DNA of 21,368 nt from Centroscyllium fabricii (Eukaryota): NCBI GenBank assembly GCA_051313645.2. It is one part of the record JBNRSN020000027.1 of this genome. One strand, 5' to 3'. The notes under the pieces are model-generated. The model searched no databases and was not told the DNA's origin. It saw nothing but the letters and a program-made list of their open reading frames with translations. Positions 1-9,089 of the stretch are shown here, piece after piece (the stretch's first letter is position 1; every line of letters begins with the position of its first letter). Both the position numbers and the translations under genes were made by a program.

Positions 1-1298
1 CCCAATCTACTTTTGGACTCCCCAATGTAGAGGAGACCGCATCGTGAGCAGTGAATACAGTAAACTAAAGCGCTGTTTCACCTGGAAGGGGTGTTTGCGG
101 CCCTGGAGAGTGGGAAGGGGGGAGGTGAAAGGGCAGGTGTTGCATCTCCTGTGCTTGCATGGGAAGGTGCCAGGCAAAAGGGAAGGGCTGATTGAGGAGT
201 GGACCAGGGTGTCGCGGAGGGAGCGGTCCCTTCAGAATGCTGAAAGGGGAGGGGAAGATGCATTTGGTGGTGGGATCACGTTGGAGGTGGTGGAAATGGC
301 GCAGGATGATCCGTTGAATATGTAGGCTGGTGGGGTGAAAGTTGAGGCAAGGGGAACTCTGTCGTGGTTCTGGGAGGGAGGAAAAGGGGTGAGAGCAGAA
401 GTGCGGGAAATGGAACGGACCTGGTCGAGGGCCATGTCAACCACAGTAGAGGGGAATCCTCGGTTGAGGAAAAAGGAAGGCATGTCGGAAGCACTGGTGT
501 GGAAGGTGGCATCGTCAGAACAGATGCGGAGGAGATTGAGAAACTGGGAGAATGGAATAGAGTCCTTACAGGAAGCGGGGTGGGAGGAAGTGTAGTCCAG
601 GTAGCTGTGGGAGTCGGTGGGCTTGTAATGAATGTTTGTCAATAACCTATCCCCAGAGATGGAGGCAGAGAAATCAAGGAAGGGAAGGGAAGTGTCGGAG
701 ATGGACCATGTGAAGGTGAGGGAAGGGTGGACATTGGAAGTAAAGTGAATGAACTTATCTACTTCAGGGCGAGAGCAGGAAATGGCACTGATACAATCAT
801 CAATGTACCGGAAAGCAGAGATGAGGGAGGGGACCAGAGTAGGACTGGAACAAAGAATGTTCCACATATCCCATGAAATGGCAGGCATAGCTAGGGCCCA
901 TGCAGGTTCCCATAGCAACACCTTTAATTTGGAGGTAGTGAGTGGAGTCAGAGGTGATGTTGTACAATGTGAGAACAAGTTCAGTCAGGTGTAGGAGAGT
1001 GGTGGTGGTTGGGAACTGGTTGGGCTTCTGTTCAAGGAAGAAGCAAAACACCCTCAGACCATCCTGGTGGGGGATGGAGGTGTAGAGGGATTGGCTGTCC
1101 ATAGTGAAAAGGAGATGGTTTGGTCCAGGAAACTGGAAACTGTTAAAGTGACAGAGGGCATCAGAAGAGCCACAAATGTAGGTGGGAATAGACTGGACAA
1201 GGGGAGAACAAATAGAGTCGAGATAGGAAGAGATAAGTTCTGTGGGGCAAGAACAGACTAAAACAATGAGCCTACCAGAGCAGTCCTGTTTGTGGATC
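1..1298 (-). mobile_element. Penelope-like retroelement (PLE), degraded RT + GIY-YIG endonuclease, 5'-truncated; continues beyond the left edge
   Basis: Minus-strand frames give PLE RT motifs: MDSQSLYTSIPH and YLQIKGVAMGTCMGPSYA (ORF 800-1102), FRYIDD, LPFLD and IHYKPTDSHSYLDYTSSHP (ORF 232-978). The reverse complement of 1-67 reads LVYCIHCSRCGLLYIGESKSRLG, the GIY-YIG motif. Frameshifts separate the segments. Confidence 0.93.
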
Positions 1299-1325
1299 CC
1301 ACCACCAAATGCATCTTCCCCTCAC

Positions 1326-1567
1326 ATAGAAACATAGAAACTAGGAGCAGGAGTAGGCCATTCGGCCCTTCGAGCCTGCTCCGCCATTCAATGAGATCAT
1401 GGCTGATCATCCAAACCCAGCACCCTATCGCTGCCTTGTCCCCATATCCCTCGATCCCTATCAAGCCTGCACCGACACATATCCCAACCTAACCCCGTAA
1501 CCCCACATATTCAATCTCACTAACACTAAGGGTCAATTTATCCTGGCCAATCAACCTAACCCGCACA
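1326..1567 (-). mobile_element. 5'-truncated V-SINE (HE1-like) inserted in the Penelope arm
   Basis: Reverse complement of the 3' half of the SINEs at 6807/9631, including the (TTTCTATG)n tail. Flanked by TCAC at 1322-1325 and 1568-1571 (candidate 4-bp TSD); removal restores PLE continuity. Confidence 0.92.
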
Positions 1568-2190
1568 TCACCTCCCCTTTCAGCATTCCGAAGGGACTGC
1601 TCCCTCCGTGACACCCTGGTTCACTCCTCAATCACCCCTAAAAGCCCTTCCTGTTCACCCGGCAACTTCCCGTGCAAGCGCAAGAGATGCAACACCTGCC
1701 TTCCCACTCTCCAGGGCCCCAAACACTCCTTCCAGGTGAAACAGCGATTTACTTGTACTTCTTGCAATTTAGTATACTATATTCGCTGCTCACAATGCAT
1801 TCTCCTGTACTTTGTGGAACACCTCCGTTCAGTCCGTAAGGGTAACCCTGAGCTTCCGGTCGTCTGTTACTTTAATTCTCTGCTTCACTCCCACTCTGAT
1901 CTCTCTGTCCTCAGCTCTTACATTGTTCCAATGAAGCTCAACATAAGCTCGAGGAATAGCACCTCATCTTTCGATTAGACACTTTACAGCCTTCCGGGCT
2001 CAACATTAAGTTCAACAATTTCAGACTATAATCCCTGCCCCCATTTTTCATGCTGTATGATTTTGCCATTCCCATTTGCAACATTTTATCTTTCTTGCCT
2101 CTTACCTAAGCACAGTGTGTTCCTTGAATTCCTTCCTCCCCTCCCTGTCTCTGCACCTGCTTAATATCTGTTACATCTCCAGCTTTTTCC

Positions 2191-2227
2191 AGTTCTGATG
2201 AAGGATCCCAGACCTGAAACGTTAACT
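2191..2227 (+). ncRNA. Minimal (type I, dimer-type) hammerhead ribozyme motif in the Penelope 3' repeat
   Basis: AGTT-CTGATGA-AGG(ATCCCAGA)CCT-GAAA-CG-T-T-AACT. It has the core CUGAUGA and GAAA, stem II AGG/CCT, stem I AGTT/AACT and a palindromic ACGT stem III. Minimal hammerheads are an established feature of PLE pLTRs. Confidence 0.7.
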
Positions 2228-2330
2228 CTGTTTCTCTCTCCACTGATGCTGCCGGGCCTGCTGAGTATTTCCAGAGTTTCCTGTTGTTATTTCAGATTTC
2301 CAGCATCCGCAGCATTTTGTGTTTGTATTA

Positions 2331-2470
2331 GATTTTTATTAGGCTTGTACATCAAGGGATATGGATCAAAGGGGGGTAAATAAAGTGCTGTTACAAATCA
2401 GCCATGATCTAATTGACTGGAGGAACAGGCTTGTGGGGCTGAATGTCCTATTCCTGTTCCTACATTTCTA
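2331..2470 (+). mobile_element. Old, diverged CR1-type LINE 3'-end remnant
   Basis: ATCAAGGGATATGG...ATCAGCCATGATCTAATTGA...GGCTGAATGTCCTATTCCTGTTCCTA resembles the CR1 ends at 5570-5890 and 8955-9085. Confidence 0.75.
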
Positions 2471-2569
2471 AGTGCTAGAAATTTATATTCCCCCCCCCCA
2501 CCCCGCCATACAGCTTATAATCCTGAGCAATTTCTCTTTATACTTTATCTTAGTTCACGGGATGTTTTT

Positions 2570-5500
2570 TTGGAACAATATGTCGAGGAACCAACCAGAG
2601 ACCAGGCCATCCTTGACTGGGTATTATGTAACGAGAAAGGAGTAATTACCAATCTTGTGGTAAGGGGCCCCTTGGGTCTGAGTGATCATAACATGATAGA
2701 ATTCTTCATTAGGATGGAGAGTGAGGTAGTGGAATCTGAGACTAGGGTCCTGAATCTAAACAAGGGAAACTATGATGGTATGAGGTGCGAACTAGGTAGG
2801 ATTGACTGGGGGATGTCACTCAAAGGGTTGACGGTGGATCGGCAATGGCAAATATTCAAAGGCTACATGGATGAGCTACAGAGGTTGTTCATCCCAGTGT
2901 GGCACAAGAATAAAACAAAAAGGGTAACGCAACCGAGGCTGACGAGAGAAATTAGGGATAGCATAAGATTAAAGGAAAGGGCATATAAACTGGCCAAAAA
3001 AAGCGGTAACCCTGATGATTGGGAACAGTTTAGGATTCAACAAAGGAGGACAAAAGGATTAGTTAAGAAGGGGAAAATAGAATATGAAAGTAAGCTTACA
3101 AGGAATATAAAAACTGACTGTAAGAACTTTTATAGATATGTAAAGAGGAAAAGATTGATGAAATCAAGTGTAGGTCCCTTATGCCCTAGTTTCACTGGAG
3201 GCTAAGTATGCCAAGTATCCCAAGAATCGTCAAGAATCGAAATCTTGGCGATTCTTGGTGATTCTGCATGAAATGCGAAAAATACTTGGTTGAATCTTGG
3301 CGATTCTTGGTGAATTCTTGGCGATTCTGGACAAGGTTACGAATCTATCACGAATTATTTTACGAATGAGGTACGAATCACTCACGAATCCACCACGAAT
3401 TGCAAGAATTAATTAAGAATCCACTACGAACTCCACGAATTAGTTACGAATTCTACGAATTAGCTACGAATTATCTACGAATTGCATTCGTAGTGCATTC
3501 GTAGACATTCGTGGACAATCGTGGTGCATTCGTGGTGCATTCGTGGTGCATTCTTGATTTTGAAAAAATCAAGAATGCCCAAGAATAGTCAAGAATGCAC
3601 CACGAATCCACTACGAATCAGTTACGAACGGTAAGAAAGGGTCACGAACGGTAAGAATGGGTCACGAATTGTTTACGAATCTATCACGAATTGGAAAATC
3701 GGGAACCCTCCTACGAAATTTTTTGACAAACAAAAACTTTCTTTAAAACTAAAAGAACTCCCGCGAACTACCGCGAACTCTACGATTCCGCTACGAATCC
3801 ACTACGAATCCACTACGAATCTACTACGAATTGCAAGAATGACCCACGAATCGGCCAAATTTCAAAATCGGCACGATTCGGGAATTCGTAGCCTCCAGTG
3901 AAACTAGGGCATTACAGTCAGAAGCAGGGGAAGTGATAATGGGGAACAAAGAAATGGTTGATCAATTAAATGCATATTTTGGCTCTGTCTTTACAAAGGA
4001 GGACACTAGTAACCTCCCAGAGATATTGGGGAACATAAGGTTTGATGAAGGGGAGGAACTGAAGGATATCCGTATTTGCAGGGAAATGGTGTTAGGGAAA
4101 TTGAAGGGATTGAGGGCCGATAAATCCCCGGGGCCTGATGGTCTGCATCCTAGGGTACTTAGGGAGGTGGCCCTGGAAATAGTAGATGCATTACTGATTA
4201 TCTTCCAGCAATCGATGGAATCTGGAACTGTACCCATGGATTGGAGGGTGGCTAATGTTACCCCACTATTCAAGAAGGGTGGTAGGGAGAAAGCAGGAAA
4301 TTACAGACCAGTAAGCCTGACATCAGTAGTGGGAAAATGCTGGAGTCCATAATAAAGGATGTAATCACTGAGCACTTGAAAATCAACGACAGGATTGGAC
4401 AAAGTCAACATGGATTTACAAAAGGTAAATCGTGCTTGACTAATCTGCTGGAATTTTTTGAGGATGTAACTGGGAAAATTGATCAGGGAGAACCAGTAGA
4501 TGTGGTATACTTGGACTTTCAGAAGGCGTTCGACAAGGTCCCGCACAAGAGACTAGCATATAAAGTTAAGGCACATGGGATTGGGGGCAAGGTATTGACT
4601 TGGATTGAGAATTGGTTGGCAGACAGAAAGCAGAGAGTGGGAGTAAATGGGTCTTTTTCTGGGTGGCGGGCAGTGACTAGTGGGGTACCGCAGGGCTCAG
4701 TCCTGGGACACCAGCTATTCACAATATACATTAATGATTTAGAAAAGGGAACTAAATGTAATGTCTCCAAGTTTGCAGATGACACAAAGCTGGGAGGGCG
4801 TGTGTGCTGCGAGAAGGATACCAGGATGCTCCAGGATGATTTGGACAGGTTGGGCGAGTGGGCCGAGACATGGCAGATGCAGTATAATGTGGATAAATGC
4901 AAGGTTATCCACTTTGGGGGAAAAAATAGAAATGCCGACTATTATCTGAATGGCAATAGATTGGGAGAAAGGGAAGTACAACGAGACCTGGGTGTCCTGG
5001 TGCACCGGTCGCTAAGGGTGAGCATGCAGGTGCAGCTGGCGGTTAAGAAGGCAAATGGTATGTTGGCCTTCATAGAGAGAGGTTTTGAGTACAGGAATAG
5101 AGAGGTCTTGCTGCAGTTGTACAGGGCCTTGGTGAGACCAAACCTTGAGTACTGTGTGCAGTTTTGGTCTCCTTATCTAAGGAAGGATGTTCTTGCCATG
5201 GAGGGAGTGCAGAGGAGATTCACCAGGCTGATACCTGGGATGGCAGGATTGATGTATGAGGAGAGACTGGGTAGACTGGGTTTGTACTCTCTGGAGTTTA
5301 GAAGATTGAGAGGGGATCTCATCGAAACGTATAAAATTCTAACTGGTCTGGACAGACTTGATGCAGGAAGAATGTTCCCGATGGTAGGAGAGTCCAGAAC
5401 CAGGGGCCATAGTCTAAGGATAAGGGGTGACTCATTTAGGACAGAGATGAGGAGGAATTTCTTCACCCAGAGGGTGGTGGGGCTGTGGAATTTGCTGCCC

Positions 5501-5611
5501 CAGAGAGCTGTGGAAGCTACTACTTTGAATAATTTTAAAACAGAGATAGACAGTTTCCTGGAAGTAAAGGGAATTAGGGGTTATGGTGAGCCGGCAGGTA
5601 AGTGGACGTGA
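2570..5611 (+). pseudogene. CR1 ORF2 (endonuclease C-terminus + reverse transcriptase), broken by one insertion and one frameshift
   Basis: Motifs: EPTRDQAILDWVL and SDHNMIEF (endonuclease); KSPGPDGLHPRVL, NYRPVSLTS, YLDFQKAFDKVPH, SGVPQGSVLG and KFADDTKL (RT). The TTA codons at 3179 and 3912 are in frame with ORFs 2570 and 3933, so excising the insert gives VGPLQSEAGE. There is an apparent 1-nt loss near 4332-4337. Confidence 0.93.
3182..3911. mobile_element. Non-autonomous DNA transposon (MITE-like), probable PIF/Harbinger superfamily, 730 bp
   Basis: Perfect 23-bp TIRs TGCCCTAGTTTCACTGGAGGCTA (3182-3204; inverse at 3889-3911). TTA is duplicated at 3179-3181 and 3912-3914, and 3-bp TWA TSDs typify PIF/Harbinger. 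No ORF is listed inside it; the interior is arrays of A(C/A)GAA(T/C). Confidence 0.92.
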
Positions 5612-5628
5612 GGCTAGGTTCAGATCGG

Positions 5629-5756
5629 CCATGTGATCTCCTGGACCAGTTTTCGATTGCCTAGATGGGTCAGAGAGGAATTTCCCAGATTTATTATCCC
5701 AAATTGGCTACTGGGTTTTTTATCTGGTTTTTCGCCTCTCCCAGGTGATCACATGG
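5629..5756 (+). other. Long stem-loop module in the CR1 3' UTR
   Basis: CCATGTGATCTCCTGG (5629-5644) pairs 15/16 with CCAGGTGATCACATGG (5741-5756). Nested complementary pairs GAGAGG/CCTCTC and CCAGAT/ATCTGG lie inside. Confidence 0.7.
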
Positions 5757-6102
5757 GTTTGGGTGGGGTGGAGAGTTAAAATAAAAATGAGGTTTGGATC
5801 AGATCAGCCATGATTTTGTTGAATGGCGGAGCAGGCTCGAGGGGCCGATTGGCCTACTCCTGCTCCTATTTCTTATGTTCTTATGTTCTTCTGTTCACTC
5901 ATCTTTCTAAAATCTGCCCCAGAATGGAATAAATGTGGGGGCCCTTGATTTTGTGCTAAATTTTTCCCTTCCTATGTGTCCCTTAAACCCTAACATGCTA
6001 TGGTGGCTACCCCCGAGGTGCTCACCCACATTTAACTCATCTACCTGACATAAAACCTTAACCATAACTAGGTGCAGAATCTCTTCTCCCCTTTAACATA
6101 TT

Positions 6103-6448
6103 CAGGTTGAACACCGTTAATCCGGACACCGGTAATCCGCTAACTTCAGTCGTCCGGAACGAATCCGGCCGACTGGTCTGCACATGTGCAAAATGGCCGC
6201 CGCTCTTGCGGGCCTCTCCCTGACTGCCAGACTGGTCTGCGCATGCGCGGAATGGCCGCCGTGCTTGGCTGCGCATGCCCGGGCCTCCCCAAACGATTGC
6301 TGCTATGGCGAGCGCATGCGCAGACCACTCAAAACGGCCATTTTAGATGGTCCGCACATGCGCTCGCCAAAGCTTCACTCGTTTGGCTTTTTCAATAATC
6401 CGGCACGGGCCTGGTCCCGACCGTGCCGGATTAACGGTGCTGAACCTG
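6103..6448. mobile_element. Tigger/pogo-like (Tc1-mariner) MITE, 346 bp, CpG-rich
   Basis: TIRs CAGGTTGAACACCGTTAATCCGG (6103-6125) and CCGGATTAACGGTGCTGAACCTG (6426-6448) match 21/23. A TA follows the right end; the left flank is TT. CAGGTTGA termini resemble Tigger-family ends. There is a subterminal 13-bp hairpin TAATCCGGCACGG/CCGTGCCGGATTA. Confidence 0.82.
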
Positions 6449-6806
6449 TACAAACATATGACTTGAGAAGGGAGTCCTGCAAGATCAGGGTCTTCTGGCA
6501 AGAACATTCCAATCATCTGCAAATTTCTGTGGGGGAGGTTCTTTGGTTTGCTTCCAGGTCCCTCGCTGACTGTCCAGTTGGAGGAAGACCATAGCACCAT
6601 GTTTCACTGGGTGTCCCTGTTCTAGGTTGCCCAGTGAACGCTCTCCCAGGCAAATGAGGTGAAAGGCCAGGAGTGATTCCTCTCATCTGATCAGCATACC
6701 TGCGATGGACTTGCATCCACTGCAGCTCCATGCCCAGCTCTGCTCTGCTCCTCCAACACGGGAATCGCTGGAAATTGCGAGGCAATGTAAAAGGTTACAG
6801 AGAACT

Positions 6807-7218
6807 GGCAAAACAGGTGGCACAGTGGTTAGCACTGTTGCCTTACAGCACTGGAGACCCGGGTTCAAATCCAACCTCGGGTACTATCTGTGTGGAGTAT
6901 GCACATTCTCCCCGTGTCTGCGTAGGTTTCCTCCGGGTGCTCCGGTTTCCTCCCACAGTCCAAAGATGTGCGGGTTAGGTTGATTGGACAGGATAAATTG
7001 ACCCTTAGTGTTAGGGGGATTAAATATGTGGAATTATGGGGATAGCATGGGATATGTGTCAGTGCAGGTTCGATCGGGATCGAGTTATATGGGGACAAGG
7101 CAGGGAAAGGGTACTGGGTTTGGATGATCAGCCATGATCTCATTGAATGGCAGAGCAGGTTCGAAGGGCCGAATGGCCTACTCCTGCTCCTATCTTCTAT
7201 GTTTCTATGTTTCTATGT
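6807..7218 (+). mobile_element. Full-length tRNA-derived V-SINE (HE1-like)
   Basis: Pol III A box TGGCACAGTGG (6818-6828) and B box GGTTCAAATCC (6862-6872). V-domain CACATTCTCCCCGTGTCTGCGT...CCGGGTGCTCCGGTTTCCTCCCAC, followed by a CR1-like 3' end and a (TTTCTATG)n tail. Confidence 0.94.
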
Positions 7219-7699
7219 CTTGCAATCCTTTTTCCTGACCTTCGTGACTGTGAAAATTGTTGCCCTCCAGGGGGCAAGGGTGATGAAAAGGAAGGCAATG
7301 TATCATTTAAAAACACGAACAAAATCTGTCAATTAGGAATCAACAATAACAAAGTAGTTAACAATGAAACAAGTAGCAAGGAAAACTGAAATGAATTAAA
7401 TCACTTAAAATATATTTTAATAATATTTTCAGTTGTCCTATTTCATCAGTAACCTTTGGAAACAAGTACAAAGTAAAGTGTAAAACTTAATAAAATGGGT
7501 GCGATGCCTATGGAAATGTGATATGAACCGGCAGCTCACCCAAATAATATTAGTGAGGCTTGAGGCCCAATTTCAAGCTGGCCATGGCCTCCTGGTTGGG
7601 GCATTCGCTCCTTGTGCAGTGCTCATTTTGGACTTGAAAATAAACTTATTGGAATTTCCACCACTTAACTGTCAGAATGTCCCAGTGCCATTCTGTGCA

Positions 7700-7771
7700 A
7701 GATAGGCTAAACGAGTTGGGACTCTAAACTTTAGAGAAGCGTAGACTTGGGGTGATCTGATTGAGGTTTAT
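7700..7771 (+). mobile_element. Old CR1 ORF2 remnant hosting the Rex insertion (resumes ~8386-8401; duplicated at ~10524-10595)
   Basis: Reads approximately RLNELGL*TLEKRRL/GDLIEVY, then MKAID after the Rex fragment; compare RLGRLGLYSLEFRRLRGDLIETYKILTGLD in the intact CR1. Confidence 0.6.
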
Positions 7772-8383
7772 AATTCAATTCAATTCAATTCAATTCAATT
7801 CAAGTTTTATTGTCATTGCAGAGTACTAGTACAATACAACGAGACGAAGACTCGACTCTCCCGAGAGTAGTGCAAATAAAATAAATAAATTACATGCAAA
7901 ATTGCATACAGTAAAGTACATTATCAGGCATGCAGGTACCGGAGTTTCTTTTTAGAGTTCAGGAGGCTGACAGCCCTGGGGAAGACGCTGTTCTGAAATC
8001 TAGTTGTGCGGGTGCAAATTGCTCTGTAGCGTCTCCCGGAGGGCAGGGGGGCGAACAGACTGTGGCTGGGTTGTGTGGGGTCTTTAATAATGTTCATAGA
8101 CCTCCGTAAGCAGCGTTTGAGGTAGATGCTTTCCATTGACGGTAGCTGTGTACCGCTAATTCGTTGGGCAGTTTTTACTACCCGCTGCAGCGTTTTCCGG
8201 TCCGAGATAGTGCAATTACCATAACAGACAGTGATGCAGCTTGTCAGTATGCTTTCTATTGTGCAGCGGTAGAAGTTGGAGAGGATGCCGGATGACAGCC
8301 TGGCTTTCTTCAGCTTCCTTAGGAAGTACAGGCGCTGTTGGGCCTTCTTAACCAGAGAGGAGGTGTTTAGTGACCAGGAGAGA
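7772..8383 (-). mobile_element. Rex1/Babar-clade LINE, 3' fragment with (GAATT)6 tail
   Basis: Minus strand reads LSWSLNTSSLVKKAQQRLYFLRKLKK...FYRCTIESILTSCITV...LQRVVKTAQRI...IIKDPTQPSHSLFAPLPSGRRYRAI...RFQNS, a typical Rex1/Babar C-terminus. The pentanucleotide tail is at 7772-7801. Confidence 0.9.
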
Positions 8384-8414
8384 CGATGAAGGCAATAGAT
8401 TGTGCTCCAGTTGA

Positions 8415-9089
8415 CAGCAATTAATCAAAAAGGCAAATGGAATGTTGGCCTTAATCGCAAGGGGTCGGAGTAGAAAAGCAGGGAAGTCCTGCTACAACTG
8501 TACAGGGTATTGGTGAGACCACACCTTGAGTACTGCGTACAGTTTTGGTCTCCTTATTTGAGGAAGGATATACTTGCATTGGAGGCAGTTCAGAGACGAT
8601 TCACTCGGTTAATTCCAGAGATGAGGGGTTTGACTTATGAAGAAAGGCTGAGCAGGTTGGATCTATACTCATTGGAATTTAGAAGAATGAGAGGGGATCT
8701 TATTAAAACATGTAAGATACTGAGGGGGCTCGACAAGGTAGATGCTGAGAGTATGCTTCCCCTTGTGGGGAAATCTAGAACTCGGGGGCATAGTTTCAGA
8801 ATAAAGGATCGCCCTTTTAGAACTGAGATGAGTAAAAAAAAATCTTCTCTCGGAGGTTCTTGAATCTGTGGAATTCTCTGCCCCAGAGAGCCGTGGAGGC
8901 TGGGTCATTAAATACATTTAAGGTGGAGATAGACAGATTTTTGCAAGATAAGGGAGTGAAGGGTTATGGGGAGCGGGCAGCGAAGTGGCTTTGAAACCAA
9001 GACCAGCCATGATCTTATTGAATGTCAGAGCAGGCTCGAGGGGCCAAGTGTTCTATTCCTGCTCCTATTTCTTATGGTCTTGTGATCTT
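8415..9089 (+). mobile_element. CR1 LINE 3' fragment
   Basis: KKANGMLA...VRPHLEYCVQFWSPYLRKDILALEAVQRRFTRLIP...SRTRGHS, followed by a CR1 3' UTR and a degenerate TTCTTATG tail; contains stops and a frameshift. Confidence 0.93.

Larger units (their letters stand above)
1295..2330 (+). mobile_element. Inverted 3' segment of the same Penelope-like family (endonuclease region + pLTR/3' UTR), interrupted by a SINE
   Basis: GATCCCACCACCAAATGCATCTTCCCCTC from 1295 is the reverse complement of ~249-277. After the SINE it continues with CKRKRCNTC and KQRFTCTSCNLVYYIRCSQCILLY (GIY-YIG region, YIG half deleted), then a pyrimidine-rich 3' UTR with a hammerhead-like motif. Confidence 0.9.
2553..5896 (+). 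mobile_element. CR1-clade LINE (HER1-like), 5'-truncated, young, interrupted by a DNA transposon
   Basis: ORF2 runs from the APE endonuclease C-terminus through the RT to a stop at 5609-5611. The 3' UTR ends in GGCCTACTCCTGCTCCTAT plus a (TTCTTATG)n tail at ~5870-5896. Confidence 0.96.

Noticed and set aside
44-1261. Plus-strand ORFs (44-325, 335-595, 364-645, 749-994, 1067-1261)
   Set aside because: Antisense shadows of the Penelope ORF.
3330-3860. Repeat array as a CRISPR array or telomere-like satellite
   Set aside because: Units are only 9-11 bp with 3-5-bp linkers, they switch orientation, and they are bounded by TIRs and a TSD in vertebrate-type DNA. No cas genes are present.
3962-5632. 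Minus-strand ORFs over the CR1 RT
   Set aside because: Antisense shadows of LINE ORF2 with no independent coding signal.
6058-6600. Overlapping Ala/Arg-rich ORFs
   Set aside because: They arise from the GC-rich, stop-poor MITE and show no recognisable domain.
6455-6755. Minus-strand peptide (SARDLEANQRTSPTEICR) faintly like a Tx1/L1 ORF2 C-terminus
   Set aside because: The similarity is too short and interrupted to support without a tblastx or HMM search.
6807-6885. tRNA gene
   Set aside because: A and B boxes are present, but the sequence runs directly into a V-domain and a LINE-like tail, so it is a SINE head.
7124-7705. Short ORFs retained in both duplicates (70 aa, 68 aa, 80/101 aa)
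   Set aside because: Retention is expected at ~99% identity. Some begin in the SINE tail, one differs by a stop codon, and no domain is recognisable.
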